This document shows, in pieces, positions 30,382-50,536 of a stretch of DNA of 64,000 bases. Both the position numbers and the translations under genes were made by a program. The stretch spans positions 1 through 64,000 of the forward strand of contig CAXHJY010000221.1 of the NCBI GenBank assembly GCA_964016885.1, given 5' to 3'. This DNA comes from Eledone cirrhosa. Taxonomy: Eukaryota. The notes below the pieces were generated by a model. The model was given only the letters and a program-made list of their open reading frames with translations, searched no databases and was not told the DNA's origin. Each line of letters begins with the position of its first letter. The stretch's first letter is position 1.

Positions 30382-30731
30382 TATATATATATATGTTATT
30401 TATTATTTGTTTTACGTTTAGAAAATCTAACTTCAAACCTAGATTAAATTTGAATTAATTTTGTGTTCTTTCTTTCCATATCTATTTTTCTGATCAGTTT
30501 TGTTTTTCTATTGCAGTCATGCAGCAAGCATTTAATCTCAGTTTTTCTTGTTACAGAACAAAGAAATAATTGCATCAGTCTCACTTTTACAAAACAATCT
30601 TTCAATTTATTACGGTTTTGGGGAAAGTTAATAAGATTTTTTTTTTTATATATGGCAATAAACACATCTGAACAAATAATTGTTTATATATAAGAGTACA
30701 CATACATACACACGCATATATAAATATAAGT

Positions 30732-36669
<5,938 letters not shown>

Positions 36670-37261
36670 ATGGTGGCTGCCAACTCGTTTTCGAGTACGG
36701 CCACTACTTTATATACATGTAGGAGAACCCCTACCGATGGGCTGAATGAGTGTGACTTTTGAGTCCAGCCAGCGACTTGAAAACTCTGGTACAAACACTA
36801 CACTTGTGACAATTATTGACACATAGTGCTGGGCCCATGGTACCATGTGACGACAAGTGCAGAGAGATCTCCAGATATAAAGCAATGCCTGTGCCATGAA
36901 GCTTTTATAGTGAGCAAAGGCACTGCACAAAGCCAGTCCCACTCTCTTAACCAAGATGATATTTACCAAAAAGTAGAACAAGTCAACATCATTGGATACC
37001 ATCAGGGTTGCAGGTGTTATAACAGAGTTTTCCTTCTCCTAGAATTCTGCCTTGACAAAGGCTAAGGGGTCATCTCTCCCGGTGAATTTGGATGGCCATT
37101 GACTCTTAAGAGCTCCTTTGCCCTTTGACAGGTTTTGTTTTTAGTCCTGCAGGATGTCCAAAGTCACCCTCCTCACCAAGAAACCTTGGTGGGGTTGCCA
37201 GTTTAGTCGCCAACGACCCGACCATGAAACAGGTTGTACTGGGATACATGTTACCAGTAGC
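36670..37261 (-). mobile_element. ~590 bp non-autonomous RTE-related retroelement, longest copy
   Basis: Minus strand contains CTAGGAGAAGGAAAACTCTG (recalled RTE 5'UTR motif); 3' end GCAGCCACCAT runs into microsatellite; 3 near-identical copies share the 3' end. Confidence 0.75.
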
Positions 37262-37436
37262 ATATATATATACACATATACACATACATATATATATATA
37301 TACACATACATATATATATATATACACATACATATATATATATATATACACATACATATATATATACACATACATATATATATATATATACACATACATA
37401 TATATATATGTGTACGTCAGTGTGTCCCATATACCC

Positions 37437-37716
37437 ACTATATTCCATATATGTACCGTGTTCCATATATATGTACTCTATTCCATATATATGTACCGTG
37501 TTCCATATATATGTACTATATTCTATATATATGTACCGTGTTCCATATATATATGTACTATATTCCATATATATGTACCGTGTTCCATATATATGTACTA
37601 TATTCCATATATATGTACCGTGTTCCATATATATGTACTATATTCCATATATATGTACCGTGTTCCATATATATGTATTATATTCCATATATATATGTAC
37701 TGTGTTCCATATATGT
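37437..37716 (+). repeat. ~40 bp minisatellite (TATTCCATATATATGTACCGTGTTCCATATATATGTACTA), dimer of 20-mers
   Basis: About 7 units. Confidence 0.9.
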
Positions 37717-38009
37717 AATTGTATTTACAGACAAGAAACAATATAAAAACAAACAAAAACAAAAATGCCAGTTGAAGATTAAACTTTTCATGTGAATCGT
37801 TTTGGTATTAAGTGCTAAAAACAAACTTTTTTCTGCCATGAGTAAAGTGTTTTTCTTTGGTCTGCTCCTACTTCTCCACCTTTCGTAAATCATTTGTAAA
37901 TTGTAGAAAATATATTAATAATGTTTATGAAGTTCATAACATTTCATATCTTTCGAGTTATTAATATTGAAATATCTACAAAAGGAATAAAACAGATGGG
38001 ATATGAAGA

Positions 38010-38330
38010 TGGAGAAGAGAAGAAAAAAACTGAGTTGTTCGTGAGAGAGAGAGTGAAAGAGAGAGAGAAGTGTAGAAGAGGAGGAGAAGAAAGAGAAAAG
38101 TAAAGAAGCAGATGAGAAAGAAGGACAAGAAGAAGAAGAAAAAGAAGAAAAAGAAGAAAAAGAAGAAAAAGAAGAAAAAGAAAAAGAAAATACAAATAAA
38201 AAAAAAGAAAAAGAAAAAGAAAAAAAGAAAAAGAAGAAGAAAAAGATGAAGAAGAAGAAGAAGAAGAAGAAGAAGAAGAAGAAGAAGAAGAAGAAGAAGA
38301 AGAAGCAGTAGCAAGCAGCAGCAGCAGTTG
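38010..38330 (+). repeat. Purine-rich (GAA)n/(GAAAAA)n low complexity
   Basis: Directly visible. Confidence 0.9.
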
Positions 38331-38484
38331 AAGTATATTTGCCAACAACAGCCAAATTGAATGTTGGTTTTAAAATGGAAAGTAAAGATAAGAACTGAGT
38401 TATTGATTCAGTTCCTGTAACAATGGCGGCTGTGTAAACCTATTTCTTTATTACAATTCTTGTCGCCTTCGTCATCTCTCTCAC

Positions 38485-38514
38485 ACACATACACACATAT
38501 ATATATATATATAC

Positions 38515-38563
<49 letters not shown>

Positions 38564-38564
38564 C

Positions 38565-38626
<62 letters not shown>

Positions 38627-38660
38627 ATATATACATACATATATATATATACATATATAC

Positions 38661-38713
<53 letters not shown>

Positions 38714-38922
38714 TACATATATACATATATATATATATACATATACATATATATATATATATACATATATACATATATATATATATATACATATATATAT
38801 ACATATATATATACATATATATATACATATATATATACATATATATATACATATATATATACATATATATATACATATATATATACATATATATATATAT
38901 ATACATATATATATACATATAC

Positions 38923-38959
<37 letters not shown>

Positions 38960-38966
38960 TATATAC

Positions 38967-39005
<39 letters not shown>

Positions 39006-39035
39006 TATATACATATACATATACATATACATATA

Positions 39036-39067
<32 letters not shown>

Positions 39068-39094
39068 CATATATACATATATATATACATATAC

Positions 39095-39139
<45 letters not shown>

Positions 39140-39536
39140 CATATATATATATATACATATATATATATACATATACATATATATATACATATATATATAC
39201 ATATATATATACATATATATATACATATATATATATATATACATATATATATACATATACATATACATATATATATACATATATATATACATATATATAT
39301 ATATATACATATATATATACATATATATATACATATATATATACATATACATATATATATACATATATATATACATATATATATATATACATATATATAT
39401 ACATATATATATATATATACATATATATATACATATATATATATATATACATATATATACATACATATATATACATATATATATATATATAGATTTGTAT
39501 ATATATATGTATATATATACATGTATTCACACACAT

Positions 39537-39583
<47 letters not shown>

Positions 39584-39640
39584 CACGCACAGACGAGATA
39601 TTTGTTCATTTCTAAAGATTGTATATATATATATATATAT
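38485..39640. repeat. (TA)n/(CATA) array
   Basis: Directly visible. Confidence 0.96.
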
Positions 39641-40045
39641 ATGTTCACATCGCTGGATTTCTTAATCTTGTTTTATGTATTTGAAAATATAAAAGACATG
39701 TTTTATGACTATACTGTCATGTGACTAAGGGATTCTAGTATCATTCTCTTGAAATAAGTTTCTAATTCAGAACATATGACCCCAGAAAATGTATTTAGCG
39801 GACCAAGTCCATCAAAGTGATGACCCTATTAGGAGGTTACTTCAGTTGTGTCAAGTACATGACAAAATATGGGCATCTAATTACAAAATATGGGCATCAT
39901 TCGACATCCATATGTAGTGATACCCATCATTTTCTGTTCAGTTATTACACTATAATATTTAGTTAAAAAGTTACGGCGAAGCTTTCTAGAAATAAAGTGC
40001 CTTGCTGAAGGACATAATGTGCTGTCGCAATTAAGAAATAATGTC

Positions 40046-40240
40046 CAGATCTGTCAACTCTCCCCGTCAGACGAGGAGATCTCCCACCCTCTTTAGGGTG
40101 GGTGAGAGATGTCTTCTCTTGTGAAAATGGGTATATCTTTCATTATGTATAATCTCCCCATTTTGCTTCATTTCTCCCCGTTTTGAGGCACTTTCTATCA
40201 TGGTATTCTCCGTTTGGGTTCTTAGAGGTTGGCAGGTCTG
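40046..40240. mobile_element. hAT-like MITE nested in SINE B debris
   Basis: TIRs CAGATCTGTCAACTCTC / GAGGTTGGCAGGTCTG; no clean 8-bp TSD. Confidence 0.5.
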
Positions 40241-40650
40241 AAGGTGGTTTTCTGAAGGTCACATCCTGCTGCCAGAATCGAAATCACTTTGTTACGATCT
40301 TCAATCGTTCTGACAATCCAGGAGTCTTTATAAGTGTGTCTATATGGTTTAGATTTTAATCAACCAGGGCAATTGTATAGTAAATCAAAGACGTGTATTG
40401 CTTGAAATCGAAATATCTAACATTTCGCTAATAAACCATATACAGATTTTCAACATAAAAATATATTTGTAATTAAAATCCTTGATCATATGAGTGCAAT
40501 GCTTAATTAAATCTTTTGGGAAGAGTTTCATCAGTACATATATATATGTACACATATATATATACATATGTATATATCATTATATATATATCCATATACA
40601 CACATACAACATGTATGTATGTATGTATGTATGTATGTATGTATGTATGT

Positions 40651-40895
40651 CTCACTATAAAAGCTTCATGGCACAGGCATTGCTTTATATCTGGAGATCT
40701 CTCTGCACTTGTCGTCACATGGTACCATGGGCCCAGCACTATGTGTCAATAATTGTCACAAGTGTAGTGTTTGTACCAGAGTTTTCAAGTCGCTGGCTGG
40801 ACTCAAAAGTCACACTCGTTCAGCGTATCGGTAGGGGTTCTCCTACATGGATATAAAGTAGTGGCCGTACTCGAAAACGAGTTGGCAGCCACCAT
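40651..40895 (+). mobile_element. 245-bp copy of the (TATG)n-inserted RTE-related element
   Basis: Reverse complement of 36670-36914 with few changes; (GTAT)n on both flanks. Confidence 0.9.
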
Positions 40896-41195
40896 GTATG
40901 TATGTATGTATGTATGTATGTATGTATGTATGTATGTATCTATCTATCTATCTATCTATCTGTGTGTGTGCGCCCGTGTGTGTGTATACATCACTCATGT
41001 ATCGAAATAATTATGCGAACATTTTTTTACCATTATTAATGAACTAATATAAATTATATTTGATAAAACTCTCTCTCTCTCTCTTTATTGGTTTATTGGT
41101 AAAGTTGCTATTTATCGTTACTTCGATCTTCATCACTCCTTCCTCTAGCTTTATGTCGTTGGCTTCTCTTTTATGTTCACACTATCTCATATTTA

Positions 41196-41242
<47 letters not shown>

Positions 41243-42207
41243 TACATATATAATACATATATACATACATATGTATATATATATAAATGTATGTATGTGT
41301 GTATATATATAGGTATATTATATGTGTGTATATATGTAGGTATATTATATACGTGTGTATACAGCTCTGTTTGTAGGTATGGGTGTATATTTCTATCAAC
41401 GATATCTTACAATAAAATTTTGAATAAATTTCGTACGTGAAAAGATAGCGCAGCTGTGTACAAAGTTTTGGTTTGAAACCTAAATTTAACCAGTTTAAAT
41501 GTAATCAGTTGCAAAATTATCGCAATATCAACCTTTATTAAGGTCAAATTCATTAGAACTGGTGTCAGATGATGTCACGTGTTATCTATATATGTTGTAA
41601 ATTTCTTTCAAAATTCCTCAGATAATATTGATCTGTCTTGAAAAACGCTGGATGTTTAATATCGATAACTTTGTGTGGCTATGTGAATATAAATAAAGGC
41701 CATATATGGAACCGCTAGAAAAAAAAAATGTCTTTTTTTTTCTTTTCTTTGACTGGTTTCCATTATTAAACTGTGGTCATGCTGGAGTACCGCTTTTAAA
41801 AATGTTAGTCGATTATATTGACTGATTTTAGCACGTAACATTATCTCATTGTCACAGTCATACGCATTTCGACGCCGGAGTTGCTTCTTTTATAAGTAGA
41901 ACAAATTTATTTGAAAATAAAAGAAATATATTTACAAATCATCAAATTTTTCATATTAGAAAACAAAAAAAAGAGAAAAAAGAAAAGAAAACAATTAAAT
42001 ATCGAAAGTGAGAGATGCGGGAGAGCGGCAGATGCTTGGTCCAGTCTAAGAGGGTTTCTCAGTTATCTCCAGTGGGTAAAGAGGTGGTGAAATTGCCACG
42101 AAGAACAGCCAGCGATACCCACTGCAACAATCGTTGTACCTCATTGGTCTCCTTTCTCAGGTGGACAGTATTCCTCCTAGTTTTACCGATGAAAACGGTA
42201 GGTGAGA

Positions 42208-42255
42208 CTTGTTACTCTGGAGTTTCACCTGTTTATCATAGGGTCATCAGACAAG
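42208..42255 (-). ncRNA. Minimal type I hammerhead ribozyme motif
   Basis: Minus strand CTTGT-CTGATGA-C CCT ATGATAAAC AGG T-GAAA-CTC CA GAG-TA-ACAAG; GUA triplet. Confidence 0.72.
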
Positions 42256-42392
42256 AACAGGGCTCGTGTCTGATTACCCTGTGTATATTTATATATATAT
42301 ATATATATATATATAACGAAGGAATTGTGGTAAAGAACCAGGTGGACCATAACGCACCTAAGTACTCGATACTTAGGGTAGTAGAGTGGGTA

Positions 42393-42525
42393 ATAGGAAC
42401 GAGTAGGACCCCGACGGCTGAGCTCAAGCCGTTTCGACGGCTAATTCTGGACTAAATTAGCCGTCTTTTAGTCCAGAATTAGCCGTCGAAACGGCTTGAG
42501 CTCAGCCGTCGGGGTCCTACTCGTT

Positions 42526-42530
<5 letters not shown>
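42393..42530. repeat. Perfect GC-rich hairpin (64-bp arms, 10-nt spacer) containing the 3' half of a hammerhead
   Basis: 42393-42456 is the reverse complement of 42467-42530; GCCGTC-GAAA-CGGCT TGAGCTC AGCCG-TC-GGGGTC. Confidence 0.92.
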
Positions 42531-42578
<48 letters not shown>

Positions 42579-42617
42579 GTAATAAATGGAAAATATATCA
42601 CTATAGCATCATAATAT

Positions 42618-42675
42618 ATTTCGTTATATATATTTCAGGGATACTAAGTTATAGTATGGCTTCTTCAGACAAAAT
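42618..42675 (-). ncRNA. Minimal type I hammerhead ribozyme motif
   Basis: Minus strand ATTTTGT-CTGAAGA-AGCCATACT ATAACTT AGTATCCCT-GAAA-TATATA-TA-ACGAAAT. Confidence 0.68.
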
Positions 42676-42748
42676 ACAATATTAAATGTATAACATGTGA
42701 CATACTTATAAGAGAGATCGCATGCGATCAATTCGAAATGAGTATGTC

Positions 42749-42792
<44 letters not shown>

Positions 42793-42836
42793 GACAAGGC
42801 TTCAATAATGTATGATTGCACTTTAAATACTGAGTT

Positions 42837-42964
42837 GAAACTCCAGAATAAGTCACATCACTTAGCCATAAAAAGGAATATTATATATATATATATTCTC
42901 CATATTTTATATATATATAATATTCCTTTTTATGGCTAAGTGATGTGACTTATTCTGGAGTTTC
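42837..42964. repeat. Fold-back palindrome (~55 bp arms)
   Basis: GAAACTCCAGAATAAGTCACATCACTTAGCCATAAAAAGGAATATTATATA and its exact reverse complement. Confidence 0.9.
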
Positions 42965-43173
42965 CAGATTTTATATTAATTTCCTGGGGATGTTTTAGTG
43001 TTACTTAATGGTATTAAAATTGAAACGTACGTAGATGTTAATAAAATGATTTGAAGTATAATCTTTGGTTTTTCACTAGAAGTGTAATATATACATACAT
43101 ACATATATATTATATATATATATATATGTGTATATATATATATATGTATATATATGTATATATATATATATGC

Positions 43174-43207
<34 letters not shown>

Positions 43208-43355
43208 TCATTATATACAAAGGTACATATGTATATATAGAGAGAGCGTGTGTGTTTGGAGAGAGTGACAGATGGAGAGAGAGAGAATGAAAAATGAAGA
43301 GAGAGAGTGAGAGAGAAAGATATGGATATATACATACACACACACACATATATAC

Positions 43356-43415
<60 letters not shown>

Positions 43416-43775
43416 ATATACTGATATATAAATATGAAGAATCACAATTTCTACCGTTTTGCTCTCATGAGAAATTATGTTTTAAAGTTATGATAAAAAG
43501 TTCGAGCTCTCCTATCAGAGGAGAACAAATGTTGCTGAAAGAGAGATAAGGAGAAGGAATAATATTATTGTTATTATTACTATTATTATTGTTGTTGTTG
43601 TTAATAATAATAATAATATGTCGATTTCTTTTTATCGGGATAGAAATATGAGATATTGAAAAGAAGGGTGAAACTTCGATTAGTCGCTTAGAATAGGATC
43701 AGCGATTAACGAGTTTTAGAAACAAAAATACTTTTATATATAGCTATATACATACATATATTCTTTTTACTATTT

Positions 43776-43848
<73 letters not shown>

Positions 43849-44259
43849 GATAATCAATATACTGCAAAATAATTTATGAGTGACGGATATAATGCTGTTT
43901 GCTTGTTTTTTTAAATCCGTTATATACGTTAGCGTTATATATACATTATATATATATATAAATCTTTACATTTACATACACATATATCTATATATATATA
44001 TATATCTATACATATACATACATTTTTGTATATATATATATATCATATGTCTACATACATTTCATTCATTTACAAAATGTTAGTCACTTTTGTTTCTTTG
44101 ACATAATCTTCCTGTCTATAACATCTCTAGCAATAGTAGTAGTAGTAGTAGTAGTAGCAGCACCAGCACTACTACTACTACTACTAATATTACAATTGTT
44201 CTTGATTATTATAATTTTTCTTTTTCTTAAGAAATCATCATTATAATTTTTTTTCATAA

Positions 44260-44321
<62 letters not shown>

Positions 44322-44669
44322 TAAACATTTTTTTTTCATTCCCAAATTCGATAATCTGTAATGGATAACGATTTTGTTAATAGAAGTGACATTGTTAAGA
44401 CTCAGCGAACCGGTCATATCGTTAAGTGCTGCAGTGGAAATGGTCGGAAAATGAAAGGAAGTCCTCTATATTTTTCTTCTACATACACATACAGATACAC
44501 ACAGATACAAACACACATAAGAGAAAGACACAGAAGAGACACATATAGACATACAAAGATACACACAGAGAAAGACTTAAACACACAGCCATACATACCA
44601 AAATGCTCACCGATATTCAGCCATAGCAAAACATGTATATAGAGGCGCACACAACAACACTAAAAGCCG

Positions 44670-44880
44670 ATCATACTTATGCATATGGTATTTGGCGTAC
44701 ATACATATTATCATTCTCAAGCGTTCCTTATGCATGTAATCACGCTTACCACATGTCTGGTAAGTATGTGTGTGTGGGGGGGTGGGGGGGTATACATGTT
44801 TATATATATGTATAGAGCAACGCACACATCAAAACAGTCTTGCATATATATATATATATGTTTGTGCGCATCTATATATG

Positions 44881-44926
<46 letters not shown>

Positions 44927-45100
44927 AATGTATATATATATATATATATATATATAAAGATGGACACAAACAAAACAAGACACCCACTCGTATATATATT
45001 CCTATAGTGCCATTAGAATTGAGTTTTAAAACAGACACGTAGATATGTATATTTATACATATATATACATATATATACACATATATATATATATATACAC

Positions 45101-45131
<31 letters not shown>

Positions 45132-45144
45132 TATATATACACAC

Positions 45145-45175
<31 letters not shown>

Positions 45176-45704
45176 TATATATACACACATATATATATAT
45201 ATACACATATATATATATACACATATATATATATACACATATATATATATATACACATATATATATATATACACATATATATATATATACACATATATAT
45301 ATATATACACATATATATATATACACATATATATATATACACATATATATATATACACATATATATATATACACATATATATATATATATACACATATAT
45401 ACATACACACACATATATATATATATACACATATATATATACACACATATATATATACACACATATATATATACACACATATATATATATACACATATAT
45501 ATATATACACATATATATATATATACACATATATATATACACACATATATATATATACACATATATATATATATACACATATATATATATATACACATAT
45601 ATATATATATACACATATATATATATATACACATATATATATATATACACATATATATATATATACACATATATATATATATACACATATATATATATAT
45701 ACAC

Positions 45705-45787
<83 letters not shown>

Positions 45788-45802
45788 TATATATATATAT
45801 AT

Positions 45803-45845
<43 letters not shown>

Positions 45846-45860
45846 TATATATATATATAT

Positions 45861-45909
<49 letters not shown>

Positions 45910-45931
45910 TATATATATATATATATACATT

Positions 45932-45999
<68 letters not shown>

Positions 46000-46210
46000 C
46001 ATATATAGATGCGCACAAACATATATATATATATATGCAAGACTGTTTTGATGTGTGCGTTGCTCTATACATATATATAAACATGTATACCCCCCCACCC
46101 CCCCACACACACATACTTACCAGACATGTGGTAAGCGTGATTACATGCATAAGGAACGCTTGAGAATGATAATATGTATGTACGCCAAATACCATATGCA
46201 TAAGTATGAT
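44670..46210. repeat. Inverted duplication of a ~260 bp segment (44670-44931 vs 45927-46210)
   Basis: Non-(TA) portions identical in reverse complement, including the G7TG7 run; second copy lies inside the 45040-46760 (TA/CA)n array. Confidence 0.92.
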
Positions 46211-46236
46211 ATATATACACATATATATATATATAT

Positions 46237-46416
<180 letters not shown>

Positions 46417-46488
46417 ATATACATATATATATACATATATATATATACACACATATATATATATATACACATATATATATATATACAC

Positions 46489-46539
<51 letters not shown>

Positions 46540-46859
46540 CATATATATATACATATATATATATATACACATATATATATATATACACATATACATATAT
46601 ATACACATATACATATATACACATATGTATATATATATATACACATATACATATATATACACATATATATATACACATATACATATATATATATATATAT
46701 ATACATATACATACATATACATATATACATATATATATATATATACACATATATATACATAAAAGGAACGATCGACTTTCGTCAAATCGGACCGAGGGAA
46801 CAATGTTTCCGTTGGTCTTTCCAATTGCTAATACTATCTATCGGTCGCAACTCCAAGTA

Positions 46860-46980
46860 GAAGGAGCAACATGAAATAAAGTGTCTTGCTCAAGGACATA
46901 ACGCATCACCCGGTCCAGGAATCGAACTCACAACCTTACGATTGCGAATCCAATTCTCTAACCACTCAGCCACACGCCTT
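46860..46980 (-). mobile_element. SINE B 5' part (tRNA head plus CORE-like domain)
   Basis: AAGTGTCTTGCTCAAGGACA..GGAATCGAACTC..CTAACCACTCAGCCACACGCC. Confidence 0.82.
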
Positions 46981-47969
46981 CACATATATATATATATATA
47001 CATACATATATACATTTATATACACACACGCATATGTATATATATATACATATATATATTCTCTTTAAAAGGCCATTGACAGTTACAATAAAATGGATGA
47101 AGCACATACATGCCCCCTCATACATACACACACAGACACACATACATGCCCGCTCATACATACACACAGAGACACACACATACATACACATTCACAGATG
47201 CACACACAAACATTAGGACGCACACGGCCACGCTCCATTGCAGTGTCTAACATATCGACCGAATCTACACATACATATCACATGTATATAAGAACATGTA
47301 TGTATGTATCCGTGTATATATATATATATGTATATATGTATAAATGTATGTATGCATGTGTGTATGAATGCGGGTGCATATATACATATACACATATATA
47401 TATGCATATACATAAATATATACATATATACATACATATATATACATATATACATACATATATACATACATACATATACATACATATATATACATACATA
47501 CATATACACATATACACATATACATATATATACATATATATACATAGACATATTTATATACATATATATATATATATACATATTTATATACATATATATA
47601 CATATACATATTTATATACATATATATACATATACATATTTATATACATATATATACATATACATATTTATATACATATATATACATATATACATATTTA
47701 TATACATATATATACATATATACATATTTATATACATATATACATATATACATATTTATATACATATTTATATACATATATACATATATATACATATTTA
47801 TATACATATACATATTTATATACATATACATATATATATGTACATATACATACATATACATACATATACATACATATACATACATATACACAGATATATA
47901 CAAATATATATACATATATATATACATATATACATATACATATAGATACATACATACACATATATATAA

Positions 47970-48010
<41 letters not shown>
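46981..48010. repeat. (CATATA)/(TA)n low-complexity region
   Basis: Directly visible. Confidence 0.9.
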
Positions 48011-48011
<1 letters not shown>

Positions 48012-48344
48012 TTCCCCAGATAGATAGCTACAGTAACTCTATCTCTTCTGTCCAAGAGAGGAAGAGATTGACGAAGCAGAAGCTTTTAGTAGGAACTGAT
48101 CTGTCTAAATGTACGTTTTTATTCTGGAATTATATTTTTTTTAAAACCTAGCAAACAAAGAAGGAAGCATAACTGAAAAGATCTCCATTTAATGAATGGT
48201 ATTCATTTCCGAAACAACAACACAACAAGAAAAAATAGAAGGAAACAGAAAAGGTAAATGTAAGAGTTAAAAATGGTAGCAGAGATTCCAATTATCTTCG
48301 TCGTGGTTTCACTTTTAATGAAAATCCATTAAAAATATACGATG

Positions 48345-48381
<37 letters not shown>

Positions 48382-48645
48382 ATATGTAAAAATTTTACAT
48401 AGATCTATATGATATACATACCAACACACATATATATATCCTAGAAACGATCGTAAAATGATGAATTTTTTAATATAAGGAACTGTATCTTTGTTTTTAT
48501 TCATTATTTTTATTAATTTATCTTGACTCTGTTTTCCTGTGTTTTTCATCGAAAAAATTTTGAATACATCTCTTTTCATGATATTTGGATTACATTGAGT
48601 TCTTCATACGGATTGGACGCTACCGTATATTTTGGTAGATTTATC

Positions 48646-48691
<46 letters not shown>

Positions 48692-48889
48692 GTGTGTAGA
48701 GAGAGAGAGTCGTAGAGAGTGAACGAGACAGTGACACTTGGATTACCACCCACGCACTATATATAGAGAGAGAGAGTCTGGCCAGATATATACAGATCGA
48801 ACCTTGAGCTGAGCAATAGCGAAAAGTGCGTCACCAATCAATAAATGTAATGAAGGCTTAACAAATCGTCCTTGTATCATTATCATTGT

Positions 48890-48954
<65 letters not shown>

Positions 48955-48985
48955 TATATATATATATAAAATCTTGCCCGTCTCT

Positions 48986-49033
<48 letters not shown>

Positions 49034-49227
49034 TGCGTGGGTGGTAATGCAAGTGTATATGTGATTGTTTTTCTTCAAAAGTTGTATCTCTAATGAAGAT
49101 ATTTAATCCTCAAAGCTTCAGTACAATCAACGTTTGGTGAAGAACGAAAAACTTTGTCCAAGGTATTGCTTATTGAGATCGAAACTGGAACTACATGGGA
49201 GCGATGCGAAGTAATACTCTACAGTCA

Positions 49228-49436
49228 TTGGTAGATGGTCGGACGCCATGCTTTGCAGCAAAGAGTTACAGCCCTTTATTATCTGAGTTCAAATCCCGCC
49301 GACGTTAACTTTGCCTCATCCTTACGGGGTCGATAAAATAAAGTACCAGTCACGCAGTGGGGTTGATTTAATCGACTTTAATCGACTTTCCCCTCTCCCT
49401 AAAATTGCTGGCCTTGTGCCTATATAAGAAACCAAT
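49228..49436 (+). mobile_element. SINE A, long subtype
   Basis: Head, B-box, central domain, plus GTCACGCAGTGGGGTTGATTTAATCGACT..CCCTCTCCC insert. Confidence 0.88.
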
Positions 49437-49953
49437 ATTCTAAACTGGATACAAAAAGAAAAAGCAGGATTAGACAGGAAAATGAGAAAAATAATGGCTG
49501 CATTTAGATAACACCAACTAAAATCAGATGTTGAATGGTTTTTACCTGCCATCAACTCTAGAAGGTGGGAGGTTCAGTACAACTAGAAAACTATAACAAA
49601 ATAACCAGCGTATGACTACAAAAATATTTAATGAAGAATGATGGGAAGTTAATAAAAATAGCCACAAAACATTAACGAAACAGCAACAAAAAACTCTTTT
49701 CTGTTTTCAAGGACGCCAACAAATCCCAAACTGAGGCTGAATAGACAGATTATTATGAAGAGAAGAAATAAAAAATAAAAGGAAACAGAGAAATCAAACA
49801 ACAGGAAAAAAACGATGACATCTAAATTGTTCTAATCTAGATCTCCATAATGTTGAGGACAAGAAAAAAACTCCTACGTGGCGATTACCAGAAAAAGCAA
49901 AGCTGAATAGGGTTAATGTGCATTAACAAAATTCACAAAACTGGTTAGGAAGC
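49437..49953 (+). mobile_element. R4/Dong-like non-LTR retrotransposon relic (post-RT region)
   Basis: LNW..LDRKMRKIM..H..KSDVE..YLP..EGG, KKLFSVFKDA and SQNWL resemble the LDRKTRK..HPKxDVxRLYLPRxEGGRGL motif; stops and frameshifts. Confidence 0.7.
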
Positions 49954-49954
49954 T

Positions 49955-50267
49955 GCTTCTTCTTCTTCGCCCATTTATTCCTGAAAAGGTTTTGGGGGGC
50001 AGAGTCCTTAAACCCTCCTTCCAGTTCCAGCTGGTTCTATCAGAAGCAACCGTCTCCAATGGGTCCGGCTAAATCAACAAGCGAAACCTGTCAAGCTCAT
50101 GGAATGTTATTCAACGATCCTACTCAGGCCTCAAACACCCCTTCAGAAACAACCGTCTCCAACTGATCCGGCTAGATCCTCAAGTGACACCTGTCAATCT
50201 CATGGATGTTATGCATCCATCTTAGTCAGGGTCTGCCCCTGGGTCACCTGCCGGTTGGTTTTGCCCA
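49955..50267 (-). mobile_element. RTE-clade LINE 3' end with internal duplication and (GAA)n tail
   Basis: Minus strand WAKPTGR*PRGRP*LRWMHNIHE..QLETVVS; AATAAA then GAAGAAGAAG. Confidence 0.75.
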
Positions 50268-50334
50268 TAAAATCTTTAATTTATGAAATACAAAGAAATA
50301 TGTTACAATAATTGCAAGTGTACAGTTGTATACA

Positions 50335-50510
50335 CGCATGGCTTGTATACAACTTGTGTGGTTAGAACATTGGGCTTGCAATCGTGAGGTTGTGAGTTCG
50401 ATCCTCAACCGAGTGATGTGTTGCGTTGTGTCCTTGGGCCAGACACTTTATTTCACGTTGTTCCAGTTTACTCAGCTGTAGAAATGATTTGTGACGTCAT
50501 TGGTACTAAG
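50335..50510 (+). mobile_element. SINE B (CORE-like)
   Basis: GTGAGTTCGATCC, TGTGTCCTTGGGC.AGACACTTTATTTCACGTTG.TCCAGT.TACTCAGCTG. Confidence 0.82.
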
Positions 50511-50536
50511 TGTATATGTATATATATATATATATA

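Noticed and set aside
30420-30690. Putative conserved enhancer with homeodomain-like TAAT/TTTAT sites (also 38400, 41500, 51450)
   Set aside because: Such words are expected by chance in AT-rich DNA; cross-species alignment would be needed.
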